This document shows positions 32,012 to 44,006 of a stretch of DNA of 64,000 nt, one piece after another; within the stretch, counting starts at the first letter, position 1; every line of letters begins with the position of its first letter. Made by a program: the position numbers and the translations under genes. The notes beneath the pieces were generated by a model. It did not search any database. It saw only the letters and a program-made list of their open reading frames with translations, and was not told the origin of the DNA. This DNA is from Balanoglossus misakiensis. Lineage: Eukaryota > Animalia > Hemichordata. The DNA is taken from assembly GCA_040954595.2 (NCBI GenBank), contig CM082589.2, positions 6,445,186 through 6,509,185 on the forward strand. The letters are read 5' to 3'.

Positions 32012-34258
32012 TTAATTCTTGCGAAAAACCACAAAATCAGTTTCAACGGTGTAGAAAACCTGCGGACAACAATCGTATTTCACGACTTTTAATTGTGCAT
32101 CAGCGCTTTCCAGCTCCAAGTCGCTCGGCATAAAGATGTCGGTGGCGTTGGGGCTCCACAGAGGCGGGTCGTCGATGAAATACACCGAATCGTCTGGTGG
32201 GTGCAAGTCGTACATCATCGGACAGCGGTAACCAGTAGCGCCGTTTCGACCCCGCGTCGAATCGTCATTCTGGCAGGGTACCTCCACAGTCACATGGATG
32301 AACATTGTCACGTTTCCACTCGCATAGACGATCGCTAGCCGTTCGGATTTGGTGGTGGAAGCGAATGTTTCAGTTCTGCGAGAGAAAAACAAAAGCATGG
32401 AGGCATACAAGGTGTGGTCAGTGGAAGAAGAGTACACAACAACGTATTACATGTACATGATTAAGACATCCTTGACACGAACAATTATTATTTGTAGGTT
32501 CCTCGATCGTAACATTCATTCTGCGACGCTATGATGTTATTCGTGTGATAGAGAAAGTACTCGAGGCTCAACCCGGCTATTAAATTATACAGACATACGT
32601 ACAAGCAGACAGACAGACTGACAGACAGACGGACGCAGACACACAGACGGACGCAGACAGACAGACAGACAGACAGACAGATAGACAGACCAAGACTTAA
32701 TACACATAAGGGTAGGCATTCGAATAGTTGTTGCTTGGTGTCAAGCGCTCACCCAATTTGTAATTCTATGAAATCAAGAGGTGACCATATCAAATCCACT
32801 GAACTATAAGTTCCTCAGTAATGCTCGGGTCCCATACCAACCGGCGGTCTGTCCAAGACTATGGTAAAACAATAAAAAGAAAAGAACGATTGTCACAATC
32901 TTCAGAATTGGTACATTTTTTCTGCCTCTATGCGAATCAACTTTCGCGACATATGTCATGAAACACCAGGCCTGCTAACAAACATTAGTTAATTTAAAAC
33001 TGCAGCTGTTCATAGGTTTCCGTAATAATTTAAAAGTCTCCCATTACTTTAATTTTCATGTACGATGAACTGAACAATGGCAAGATCATACATATAAGAC
33101 AATATTTTTAAATTTCTGTAAACGTCTTGCTAACATTCAAGCACGTCTCAGGTAAAATCCAGTTCAACGAACGAACAGATACAGTACGAGAGTGCCCTCT
33201 CAAAACATGGCGTCATCTGGAAGCCGACGGCGCGAAAACGAGGCCAGTAACTCATCTTGGAAGGCTTATACAATACCAGTTGGCCAAATTTAGACGGAGA
33301 CGCGGGCTATAATTCATCAAATTGCTCAAAATCAAGATGCCAAACTTACGACCTGTTTCCATAGTTCGACTTGCAAAGATTCCGTTGTTTTGTCCTGAAA
33401 AAATCAACGTTCAATATAGTAAAGGGTAAATATATCAACGATATCAGTACACCAATTCTCCCTACCTTAAATAGGTTTTAAGCTACCTAAGTGAGTGATG
33501 AAAATCTCATATGGTCGACACAATTTCAAGATAGCCGATTTTTGCCATGTTTAAGAAACGGGAGTTCATCAGCTAAAGTGATGATGGTTCATTCAAAAAA
33601 AAATTAACAGAAAAAATAACAAAATGTGAAAAAGTGTTATGAGTTTAATCATTGTCGGTTGATTCAGTGGACATACGCGTTACGAGACGTTCCGTTCACC
33701 TCATTCGCAGTGGGTGTATCGCTGCGCAGTCGGTCCCAGAAAATATAATCCCCACAGGCATATACACCTCGGCATATACATATGCATTATAGGTGAACCA
33801 CCCCCCACCCCTCCCCCCCCCACACACACACCACCACCACATTAGAAGAAATGACCCCCCCCCCATACACACACACACACCACCACCACATTAGAAGAAA
33901 TGACCCCCCCCCCCACATACACACACACCACCACCACCACCACATTAGAAGTGACTGAAAAAAGTAGTCCCTCACCAGACTGACGATTCTTACGGGTTGT
34001 GGAAAGAGCCTCACTGCCGTTCTCTCAATGAATCGGGAATCATAATTGGAGAGCAGATTGTATAAAAGATCCACTTCATAATCATCGGCCAGTACAACCC
34101 TTCCTAAATAATCACATACAAAATCATTGGAAATACAAAATATTGAAAAACATACTGTCTCTTTGCGCTGTAAATGTAAAAGTTAAAGGAAAGTTTGTAA
34201 ACCACTCACCCTGCAGAAACGCAGCCACAAGAAGAACAAGGCTTAGAGGAATCCTCAT
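32012..34258 (-). pseudogene. AChBP-like protein C with a 1-nt deletion in exon 4 (pseudogene, null allele or assembly error)
   Basis: Exons 34258-34210, 34103-33976, 33394-33350, 32858-32753 (106 nt vs 107 in B), 32375-32012. ccgctggaag in B vs ccactgaac in C at ~32801 gives GTT CAG TGG ATT TGA. All other exons and splice sites are intact. Confidence 0.7.
33795..33955. repeat. Three copies of a ~55-60 bp C/CA-rich unit ending cacattagaag
   Basis: Single copy in the paralogous B intron (30815-30860), three copies here. Confidence 0.8.
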
Positions 34259-34989
34259 GCTGGCTATTGATCGCCAACTCTGCATGTGTTATCGTCTACC
34301 AATAGTCTCTTTATATTAATGTGGAAAGGCGAAGCACGATTGAACATTAAAACAGTAAATAATAGCCACGAATATGACACCCCTTTTCAGTGTCGTTATG
34401 GGCAGGAAATTTGGATTCTAGATTGCATCTAAATGCTATAGGAATTGGCATTTATTTCGACTCATTTGAAATGCCATATAGTTTGATTTGTTTTACGTTT
34501 TATGTTTGACTTAAAATAGCCGGAAATTGCTGACACTATTAGTTGCATGTTGCCCCGGTCGCCGGTGATAACTGGAAACTGAAATATAGTCCCAAAAGCA
34601 TAATGGTCACTGACTCAGAGAGTCTACTCAACATTGAAAACAAAACTCTTCTGGCAATGTATTTCTCTCTGGTCATTTGTCATTAAAAAGGGGGGTCCAG
34701 AATTCTTCTTCGGCAATGTTTTAATATTGTGAAATTGGTAGAAATTAGATATGGCATCAACATGGGCACGACATTCAATTAATTATATTTGCTGTGGTCA
34801 TCCTTAGAAATTGAACACGAAATTAGCAGGAGACAGGGTGTAATTATATTTGAATAATTTCCTCTTTGTTCAAAGAAAGATCGGCGACAGTTTTTCATAC
34901 AATTACCGCAAAGTTACTGGATCTGATCACGTAACATACTGCAAGTTTTAGATGTTGAGTTTATCTCAGTGTTCTTAGTTGAAAAAAAC

Positions 34990-37900
34990 CTAAGAAGTAC
35001 ACACTGCAGCCTTTGCAGTTTTATCAACAACGTCCACGGCTATAACGCTCAATTCTACTTCTTTTGTTTGAGTCTCGTAGTTTCTCGTCTGTCGTCTCGA
35101 CGTGATGGGTTCACAGATCAACATGACGAGTCCGCCCAGCAGAGAAAATGCAGCATAAAAGTAAAATGAGTTGTTGTAATCACCCGTGACGTCATAAATG
35201 AAACCTGCGAAAATGAAAAGACGAGGAAGGTAGATTACTGGTAAAGCTTGCTTAATCTCGTGAATCGATGGTTCAAGATGGCCGCTCTGCGTTTTGCACA
35301 CGCCATTGTTAGACTTATGGACCAACTGAGCACGCGCAAGACTGGAAGAAGAGCCGGTGCGGAGACTAGTATCGGTCAGACTCCTTAGCTAGGTTAGAAT
35401 TATCCACGCTAGTTTCATGGGCACGGTGGAGAATGGTCATCTTCTAAAGGTAACACATTTTTATCGTTGTAAGCCTACGGAAAAGATGAGCTGTTTTACC
35501 TGCGCATGGTGGGCCCACCAAGCCTGCCAGTGCATCCAGTGGTAGAACCAGGCCGCAAGCAGCGATCATCTTGGTGTCCCCCACAATGTCCCTTATCACT
35601 TGATTCGGGAGTGTTACTATCATGCCACAGAAAAATCCCACTGTGAGAGCATACGCCATGTACGTATCCGCGGTCGAACAGATTGGGCTGAAAAGATGCG
35701 TAACTCCGGTTAGAACAAGAGACGACCCGTACATTCTGGCACTTGTTATGTACCGGAAACGGCGGCAGAACACCAATGGCACAGACAGACGTCCAAGGAT
35801 AGTACCTATCCCGAATGCCGATGCAAACCACGGAACTTGTTCGTGGGTTCCGATGTTCGCAACTTTCGCCCGGGCAAACAAGTGGGCCGGCATGCCATAA
35901 TAACCCAGCCCGAGTCCCAGAGCAGTGGCCACACACGTGACAACAAAGGAGGGATACTGGATGAAAATACTGAAGTCGCACATAGAGCTGAATTTCCACC
36001 ATAATCCTCTTCTTGGTCTCCCTAAGTGTTCTCCATTTCGCGTTTCTCCTGATGGACTTTCTGTGTTGGGTGACTTCGTAGAGAACGGTGCCCGGAACAG
36101 CGCCGCGGCAATCAATAAATGGGCATTTACGGCCGATAACGTTATAACAGCACCTCTCCAGCCGTACCTGTCAATCAAAGCTTGAATAATTGGAGGAAAG
36201 ACAAATCCCGCAAGTCCAGGTCCGCACATAGCAAGTGCGTTTGCTAAAGAGTATCTCTTCTTGATGTACAAAGGAATAATTCCGATCGCTGGTGGTCCTA
36301 TAAGACCATAGCCCAGACCTTGATAGATAGTGAGGAAATAAAAGTACATGTAGAATGAAATAAGGAGCCGGCTCCATCGTCCTCAAGCACGCATTCTCCA
36401 CAATATTTGAAACACAGACGCATGACCAATCTGATTAAAATAATGTGTATATAGTTATATAGGCGCCGTCTATGCCTCTGCTGAGTCACATAAAATAAAC
36501 TTAATAACATATCAGTGAATTGTAACGCACAAAATATATTAACCATGTCTGATTTTTCATTTTTTTTTGTTTCCTCAAGATTTGCAGAAATGAGTACTCT
36601 GGTCTTCTTCATAACAATGTGTACGCTTTTGATCTTTCGCGATCTCGGCGGATATGGGAGGATGAACAATTTCCCTGAAAATGTAAAACTTAGTTTGCTC
36701 GCGGGTGAAACAAATCCACAAAATTTCACCATATGCCTTAGATTAGATGAGATTTAGTTCTACCTTTTACTTTTAAAAAAACAGGGGATAGCGCGAACGC
36801 AGTCCCCCACTACCATAAATTATGCACCCGAGTCACCCACATTTGGGGTGATCGCAGACATATCAACCCACGCGGAGTGCAATGCGCGGGCCTCAATCTG
36901 GGGGAACCGCCTTTTTGATCACGGTTAACCCCTGTGCCAGGTAAGTATGCGTTAACACGGGCTGCAATTGGTATATGTATGACGACTTTAAAAATCTTTG
37001 TATGGTTTTGGCGAGATGTGGCATCCACCAATCACAGGGAAGAACCTTCTTGTTATGCAAATATTTTACATTGTTATTTAAAACACATACCAGTGGTCGG
37101 GAAGCATCAATGGACCAGACTATTAGCACACCTTCTAAAATTCTATAGACATTTGGCTAATGGCTCAGGTTGATTGGCTGATTATGTTTTACGGTCATTC
37201 GTTCGCTATTTTATTCATTTATAAATGGGTAAGAAGTCAAATAATACAATAAAGTTTTGTATGAAACTAGGGGGGGCCATGCGTTGCTTGTACTGAGTCA
37301 CGAGAATGTGCTCCCACATAAATTCCCCAGACAAGCGAGATCTCGCAGGGTCTCGTTGACTTCGGGAAATGGTCTATTGCTATACACTTACCAAGGAGAA
37401 TGGCGTAGCTGAAGTACAGAAATTCTACACTTGAAGCAAATGCGCTGAAAAAGTAGCCACCAGACGATAGGACTGTTCCAATGACGACCGTCAGTCGCAA
37501 TCCCAGTTTCTTGACACAGATGTTAGCGAAGGGACCTGTTCGATAAAAATCATTTCGGAAAATTTACGATAAATTATAAGGCCGAGGGAAATAGCATATG
37601 ATTCTGGTAACTCGCAGCCACAAGGGGGTAAATTAAAAACGGCTGCTATGGCCCGAATATAGGCCAGGCCATAGGTGTTTTATAATAAACCTCATGCTAA
37701 CAGTTGGGAAAATCTTGCAATTTTCTCTTGAGGTTGGCAGACGACATCTTCAGCAGTGGCCATTGTGTCAGACGACGCGACGCTGATTGACGTGACCACG
37801 TTGGTCACGTGACCGGTTTATATATTTTCTGCTACATGTATTTCCCTAGGGATTCATAGTCGATTCTATTTTCCTATCACGTGACAGATTCTGGCGAATC

Positions 37901-38346
37901 ACGACACAGTATTAGCTTGAGGTATATTATAATACTGTCTATGAATAAACAATGGTCTGTCAGCGATCGCACACGTACGTGACATTTTCGTACAAATGTA
38001 GTGGAATACTTAGACTAACTACTCGTTTCCACGTCTAGTTAGGGCTTCAACATATCTGGTTAAACCCACCGAGAATTCCTCCCAAGAACAATACTAACGA
38101 TATCATCAAAGACACACGTGAAGACGACACTTGGAAGTCTTCCTGCACGGCCACAAACAGCGGGCCAATCATGTGAATCACACCGAACGCCATGACACAG
38201 CAGATATGGCTGCCGAGAACTACCAGCCATCCATGTATGCCGCCATCTTTGACGCGATATCCAACGGGACCTGTGGAATCTGCAGCCGTGTTTCCGAGAG
38301 GGGTTGGGGTTAGCGGAGAAGAGGGGAGCGTGTTTTCTTCTTCCAT
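34990..38346 (-). CDS. Monocarboxylate transporter (SLC16/MCT family, MFS), ~484 aa
   Basis: Exons 38346-38070, 37535-37392, 36318-35500, 35204-34990. MCT motifs DGG..GWLVV, GP..ANICVKKLGLR, YIKKRYSLANALA..G, YGWRGA, GPPCAGFIYDVTGDY; multiple TM helices. Confidence 0.92.
37680..37932. mobile_element. MITE-like element with 21-bp terminal IR, architecture related to the 3983-4294 element
   Basis: ttataataaacctcatgctaa / ttagcttgaggtatattataa (2 mismatches). The internal cacgtgacc motif is also present in the 3983 element. Confidence 0.55.
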
Positions 38347-39594
38347 GGCGTCGAACACAAGACCTGAATTGACCTTTTTGAAGGATTTACCATTTTATAT
38401 GGTAGAACAATCGGCGCTGATATGCTCCTGATTGTTTATCACCTGACGCAAAGTAAAAACAACAGCTATGCAAATACGCCAAGTCTGTCGCCTAGTGACA
38501 CCAATCAGAAAATGGTATCACCCACACCAAGGTGGGCGGAAGTTGGTCCTGGCGCTTTTTTCCCAAGATTCAAATTACAGTAAACGCCATATTGAACATT
38601 CTGCCAACTTTCCCTCGACTTATACATGGCCAATATGTTTATTTCTGAAAGAGTGCCCTCAAAGCTACCAAATTATGTAGAAATCAGCTGGACCGGATTT
38701 CCCCACCTGGAAATGCAATAGTCCGTCCCTTATCGATATCGGGGTTCATTGCGGGGTATTGAGGTCAGGTCACAAGAAGTCACATTGACGCACAGGGATT
38801 TATTATGGGAATCTGGAGAAATGTTTATATTTGTAGCGGCCTGTTATGAATTCTAGTCCGGACTTGAATACAGATTTTGCACAATAGCAATGCTGACTGT
38901 AGACATATAGGTTGTGTTAATAAGCTGGATACTGGGCATTTTATCATGCTTCAGGGATTTGAACAAAACACTGCAGTAGATAAACGAAAAAAAAGGAGCC
39001 TACTGAAAATAGCAAAAGCGGTGCTTTAAATCGAATGACATTTATGTAGCGACAATTTATTAGACATTACGACCACATCAATACTGGCACGCGTGAAAAC
39101 GCGCACTGCACTGCACTGCATTGATTGTCGCCTGACGGGTGCAAAAATGTGCACATTACGTAATATCAGAGAACATTTAAATATTAAAAAAGTCCTTCTG
39201 CTGCCTGCGGTAAAACTTTCTCATGACATATTTCCAGAAAAAAATCCTAAAAATACAAGTAGATTGAAACTAACAATAAAAGACAACGGTAGCTGGGGTG
39301 ATAGGTCCTTAGTACTCTCGTTCAAAAGATCATCGATTGGGGTCAAAGGTCGGTCACAGTCATATGATAGTCACACGGAACGCAGGTGTGTTCGTTATTG
39401 AGTGTCGAACAATAGCGTCGGAGGTCACAGCATGTAGCATGCGTAACAGATAGCGGTTATGTCGGTGGACAAAACGCCATTATTTCGGAATCAGAACAAA
39501 CACAGTTAGATGTTTTTAAAAGTGCACAGCTGTATCAATAATGTACAAACCGTTGGAAAGTGCAGTACATGCAGAACTGTTTTCAACATGTTAA

Positions 39595-39724
39595 AGGTAT
39601 ACGGTCACCTAAGGAAAATTTAGCTACTGTTACCATGGCAAATTGAGATCTAGCCAATCACAGATTGTTCTTTAGAGCACTCAGCTTCGCGAATTTTATC
39701 ATTTATGGACGTGACCGTGTAACT
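39595..39724. mobile_element. Kolobok-like MITE (TTAA TSD, AG...CT termini), copy 1
   Basis: ttaa|aggtatacggtcac ... gtgaccgtgtaact|ttaa. Internal sequence is homologous, in inverted orientation, to 52150-52339. Confidence 0.75.
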
Positions 39725-40519
39725 TTAATATATCCAAACACGCCCAGCGGGGTCACTGAAGTGTAACACGCAATCTTCCTAGTGACCGCATGCAATCTGT
39801 TACGATCTACAGGTAATATCAAAGAACTAATAAATATTGGATTTTCGTTTACTTACTTAACTAATGTTACATTCAATAACGGGTAATGAATGCCAATTTT
39901 ACTTTCTGTGTACCAACAAGTTGCTATAGTCAAAATATACCACAGACCTAGGATACGATTTCGTCTCATTTGTGGTCATTTATATCGAAACAATCCGTTG
40001 CTTTAAGCTTATATTTGTTCTCTCTCACGATTCATACCAGGGAATTAAGATAAACCACCATTATTAAGATAGGTCGGTCGTACACTTTAATGTGTTCAAT
40101 CTCTCTATGATGCCATTGCACTGTCTGGATCCAACGACCTTGCCACCGCTTGTTTGTTCTGTTGCCGCATACTCCTGTTCAACCGCCGATGTCTGCATAT
40201 TTTGGCGGTATTGCGCTCTATAAGTTCAATTTGTATTTCCGCCGATATTTCGTTGTTACAGAAACCAGCTCTCATGTGTGCTGCAATACCGATTCATCTG
40301 TGCCTGTACTATATGTACGAGTGACGATCATTCCAGAATTACTCTAACAACCCTATACAACACAGTACACTCCATATAAACAAATATGTGTTGTCCAAGA
40401 CAAGAGAGATTCGTATATCCATATGTACATTCATCTAAGAAAGGTATGGACGGAAAACGTTGCAGCAACCATTGCAGTCCATAGATGGTGGAAATATATA
40501 AGCGGGAATATGTCATCGG

Positions 40520-41161
40520 TTAAGCATGGCTCCCGTCGGCGAAAAATTTAAACCCGCCGTCAGCCCCGTTGTGTATCCAGAGTTTGGTGTAGTGTTTTTT
40601 CCATCGCTTGTGATTGTGTGGCACCTGGCCCAGAAACGCGTTCAGGGACTGCGGAGACTTCGCTGGCGGGAGAGATTCCTTCCCGGGTTGGCTGCTGCCG
40701 CCACTGCGAAGCGGAATTGTGGCCAATTTCGCCGTCTGCTGCCAGTTTCTCATGATTTCCCCGGCGGAGACCGCGGCAGCAGCAGTCTCCCGGTTGGCCT
40801 TAGCGTGGAACGTGCAGGACTGCACGTGTATGCCGGACGGCGGCGTGTTCGGCTTTCGCCGCCTCGTTGCCGTCATCTTCGACGGCGACGTCGCCGTCGT
40901 CAGCGGCGGTAGCGTCGGTCGGCTCCTGAAGTACCGCGAGTTGTCCACCTGCCGGCTGTCGTCGTACGCGAAGGTGACCTTGTTGTGGATTGCAGGTAAC
41001 TTGCGACTTGGCTGTCTGGGCCCGGTGGACAGACGCTGTCTGTTCCGTTGAGGTCCAAACGCGATGAAGTCCCTCTTAACGCCGAGACTATCTTCATTTC
41101 TGGCCACCTGCGAGATTTTTTCCAACTGTAAACTGTGATCGCGTCTTAGTGACTCAAACAT
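40520..41161 (-). CDS. Uncharacterised basic, largely low-complexity protein, 213 aa (single coding exon)
   Basis: Long GC-rich ORF in AT-rich surroundings, good start context (aacaccATG), no recognisable domain. Confidence 0.5.
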   Translation of the reverse strand: MFESLRRDHSLQLEKISQVARNEDSLGVKRDFIAFGPQRNRQRLSTGPRQPSRKLPAIHNKVTFAYDDSRQVDNSRYFRSRPTLPPLTTATSPSKMTATRRRKPNTPPSGIHVQSCTFHAKANRETAAAAVSAGEIMRNWQQTAKLATIPLRSGGSSQPGKESLPPAKSPQSLNAFLGQVPHNHKRWKKHYTKLWIHNGADGGFKFFADGSHA

Positions 41162-43142
41162 GGTGTTTTTCGGTCAATACAATGATGTTATATGAAGAAC
41201 AGTATTCGAGTAAAATGTTACCAAGAGTCACGTGGCCGTAGCAGACTTCTCACTTGCAGTATCTCATAATAAATCTTAATGTTCCCCACTAACGTCAATG
41301 GTGTCTCTCTCCGAGGACAATTTGCTGATCTTCCAAAAGACCCTATTAGCAGCATTCAAGTCCACGGAGACGAACACCAGATCGTCAAGTTCACTCAGGA
41401 AGCGTGAATTCCGACAGTGGCGATATCCAACGAACGACAGACTCCCAGATTAACACAACCACTCCCAGGTTCAATGTTGTCAGGTCAAATCCATCCACTT
41501 ATTAATCCATCCACTTATTTCGTCTGGAGTAGTTATGTCGTACTGTAGAAATGCAAGATCGTCAACTTAAATAGGCTCCAAAGCAGTACTTCAATGTCCC
41601 CAGGCGACCAACAAATAATGCAAGAACAAATCTCGGCACCACAAATCTCACGAGACGAATCCAGCAAAATTGTGCTTGCAGTACCTCGTTGACAATTATT
41701 GAAACATGCGGCCAAATACGGTGATTTTTTTCCAGCGTTGCACCGAACAGCCGAATACCGAGAGATCATTTACTAACCTTTGAGGCAGCCGAGTTGTCCA
41801 AAAGAGGTTACCTTTACGCTAAACAAAGATTTCTTTGTTTTGTTTTTGTTTTTGTTGTTAGGTTATCTCCAGCGAGCGGCAACGGGTGTGTAGAGGACAC
41901 TTGCCGGTGTTTCGGTACACAACAACAGGCGCCCGCAGCTGTGTTGTTGAAAGTGTGTTTGTCAACTTGCGTGTAGGTTACACGCCGAACAAAGTCAAGG
42001 GGCCGGATGACGGCGGCTTGAAGAACTTGGACACGGTGCAGCGGTGATCCCACCCCGTTGCCGTGTGGCTTTCCACCTCCACAAACTCCAAATACTAGTC
42101 TGACACGCACACACACAGTCCCACTGCCACCTGTTAATCGGATCAGTTCGAAGCAACGACCCTGTCGGAGATACACGCGGATTCCAGCCGGCAGTTTCTG
42201 AGCAACGTTATTGGCCCTACTCTGGAAAACAACGATAGTCGCCCCAGTGATTAATGCACACGCCGATAAGGCAAGTGAACCTGTAGTGTGCCCGTCAACC
42301 GCGGTTGCCACAAAAACACACGCAGCAGTGCCCTCGGTATAATCCCCGAGAACAGAGCACACGATTTCTTTTTAATCCGAATGTCATGACGGCTTGCCAA
42401 CTTCTTCGGCAGAGAGTCGACCCCTGTTCGCTGTGGTGCCGGTTTTTGAATAGCAGTGCACTTTAAAACCACCTGGCTTTTCAACCGTCTCAATGGCAGA
42501 CAAGAATACTCGCCGCAATTTGAAAGGGACGCAGACGAGGCGTAACAATAGCTGTCCGATGACCACATACGTGCCGCGGGATACTAATTTTTATGGCAGT
42601 GTTGACAAAGCGTGGCTCACGGGGCATTGCCCCGCTGGCGAAATGTCGTTTGGCCTTGTTGTGTTCGCCATAGCAACGGTATACATGTCGCTCGGAAGAG
42701 ATCATCAAGCCCGTGTGTTTGGATCCTCACGCGCAAGTAACATAACATAACATAACGTAACATAACATAACATAGCACAATAAACGTACAACACATAGTT
42801 GAATTTGCAATTTTTGCAATCAACATTAGTTACATGTTTGACAGAAATCAAATTCAATAAATGTGACTTCTTTTATAAGAACAGTTACCTTTTTAACTCA
42901 AATTACAATTTCCATAGCAAAGAGTCTGGTACATGTAAATGAAATATACAAACAAAAATTATACTGCAATCCTGACTGAAGAACACCAACAGATTCACAA
43001 AAAAATCCTCAGTGTATAAAGCAGGCGTGTCTTTGTATGTTATTTTATGACGTGTAGAGTGGTATACCGACAGTAGACAAATCACGCCTACTAGTGTAAG
43101 TGGTCCGAAAATTTTTCAAAGTCGTGGTCGTCTGCTCTTGTG

Positions 43143-43955
43143 TCAAAACTGTGTGAGGGCGCACAGACTGAGGAAAGCCACCGCTGCAGAAAGCTTCCAG
43201 AGGCCTGCGTCTAACGTTGCAGCCGATCCACAAATATTGGCAGAGATGTACGGCTGCGTTATTTCAGGCACGAAGGAAAACTCTTCGTATTCCTGTAAGG
43301 AAGCGTACACAAGACAAAGGTGAGTAATGAAAATCTCACATGGTCGACACAATTTCAAGATGGCCGATTTTTTGCCATGTTTAAGAAAAGTTGAATGAGT
43401 TCAGTATGCTCAAAGGAAGTCATGAAATATAGTTGACATATTTCTTAAGGGTCTTACTGCAGTGAGTTGTCGACTTTTAACCCAGAATGCAATTTAATAA
43501 TTTGATTTGACCCCCTAGCACGAAGTAAAAAAGGCTTCAAAGAAAATGCCAGTTATAAGCTTGTATGCAACTTACTGGTGCGTCTCCATGGCTAACGCAA
43601 ATATTAATATAGGCTGTAGAGTAAGCCTCTCCCAAGTTCTTCTTTTCTTCTTTAGTCCATTCCAGATTATTCAAAATCTGAAACATTGATCTTCGCGCAT
43701 AGTAGCTTGGCTCTATAACAACATGTGGCCATCTAAAATAGGAAAAGATGAAAGACTTGTAAGGTCTCTCAGTAGAACGACATATAATCACTCGTTTTGA
43801 CACCTTTTGCGTCAGTTTTAGTCATTCAGATTCTATTCGTATTTCATCCATTCCAATATGTGAAGAAGTTCAAGTTAATACGTTTAATGGCAACAAAAAA
43901 GCTCTAATCAAGGTACATGTGTACATACATTGTGACATCGATTAGACATCCAATT

Positions 43956-44006
<51 letters not shown>

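Larger units (their letters stand above)
28925..34640. repeat. Tandem segmental duplication carrying AChBP-like B and C (units ~28925-31516 and ~31713-34640)
   Basis: 3' flanks (tccaactccac.ctccatccgatcagcgtactcacgatattatttag), introns and 5' flanks (gagtctactcaacattgaaaa) align between the two units. Confidence 0.9.

Noticed and set aside
33696-33745. Possible degenerate extra exon 3 (GAC CGA CTG...) in intron 2 of AChBP-like B and C
   Set aside because: No AG acceptor (TGG) and only weak similarity; true 45-nt exons were found elsewhere.
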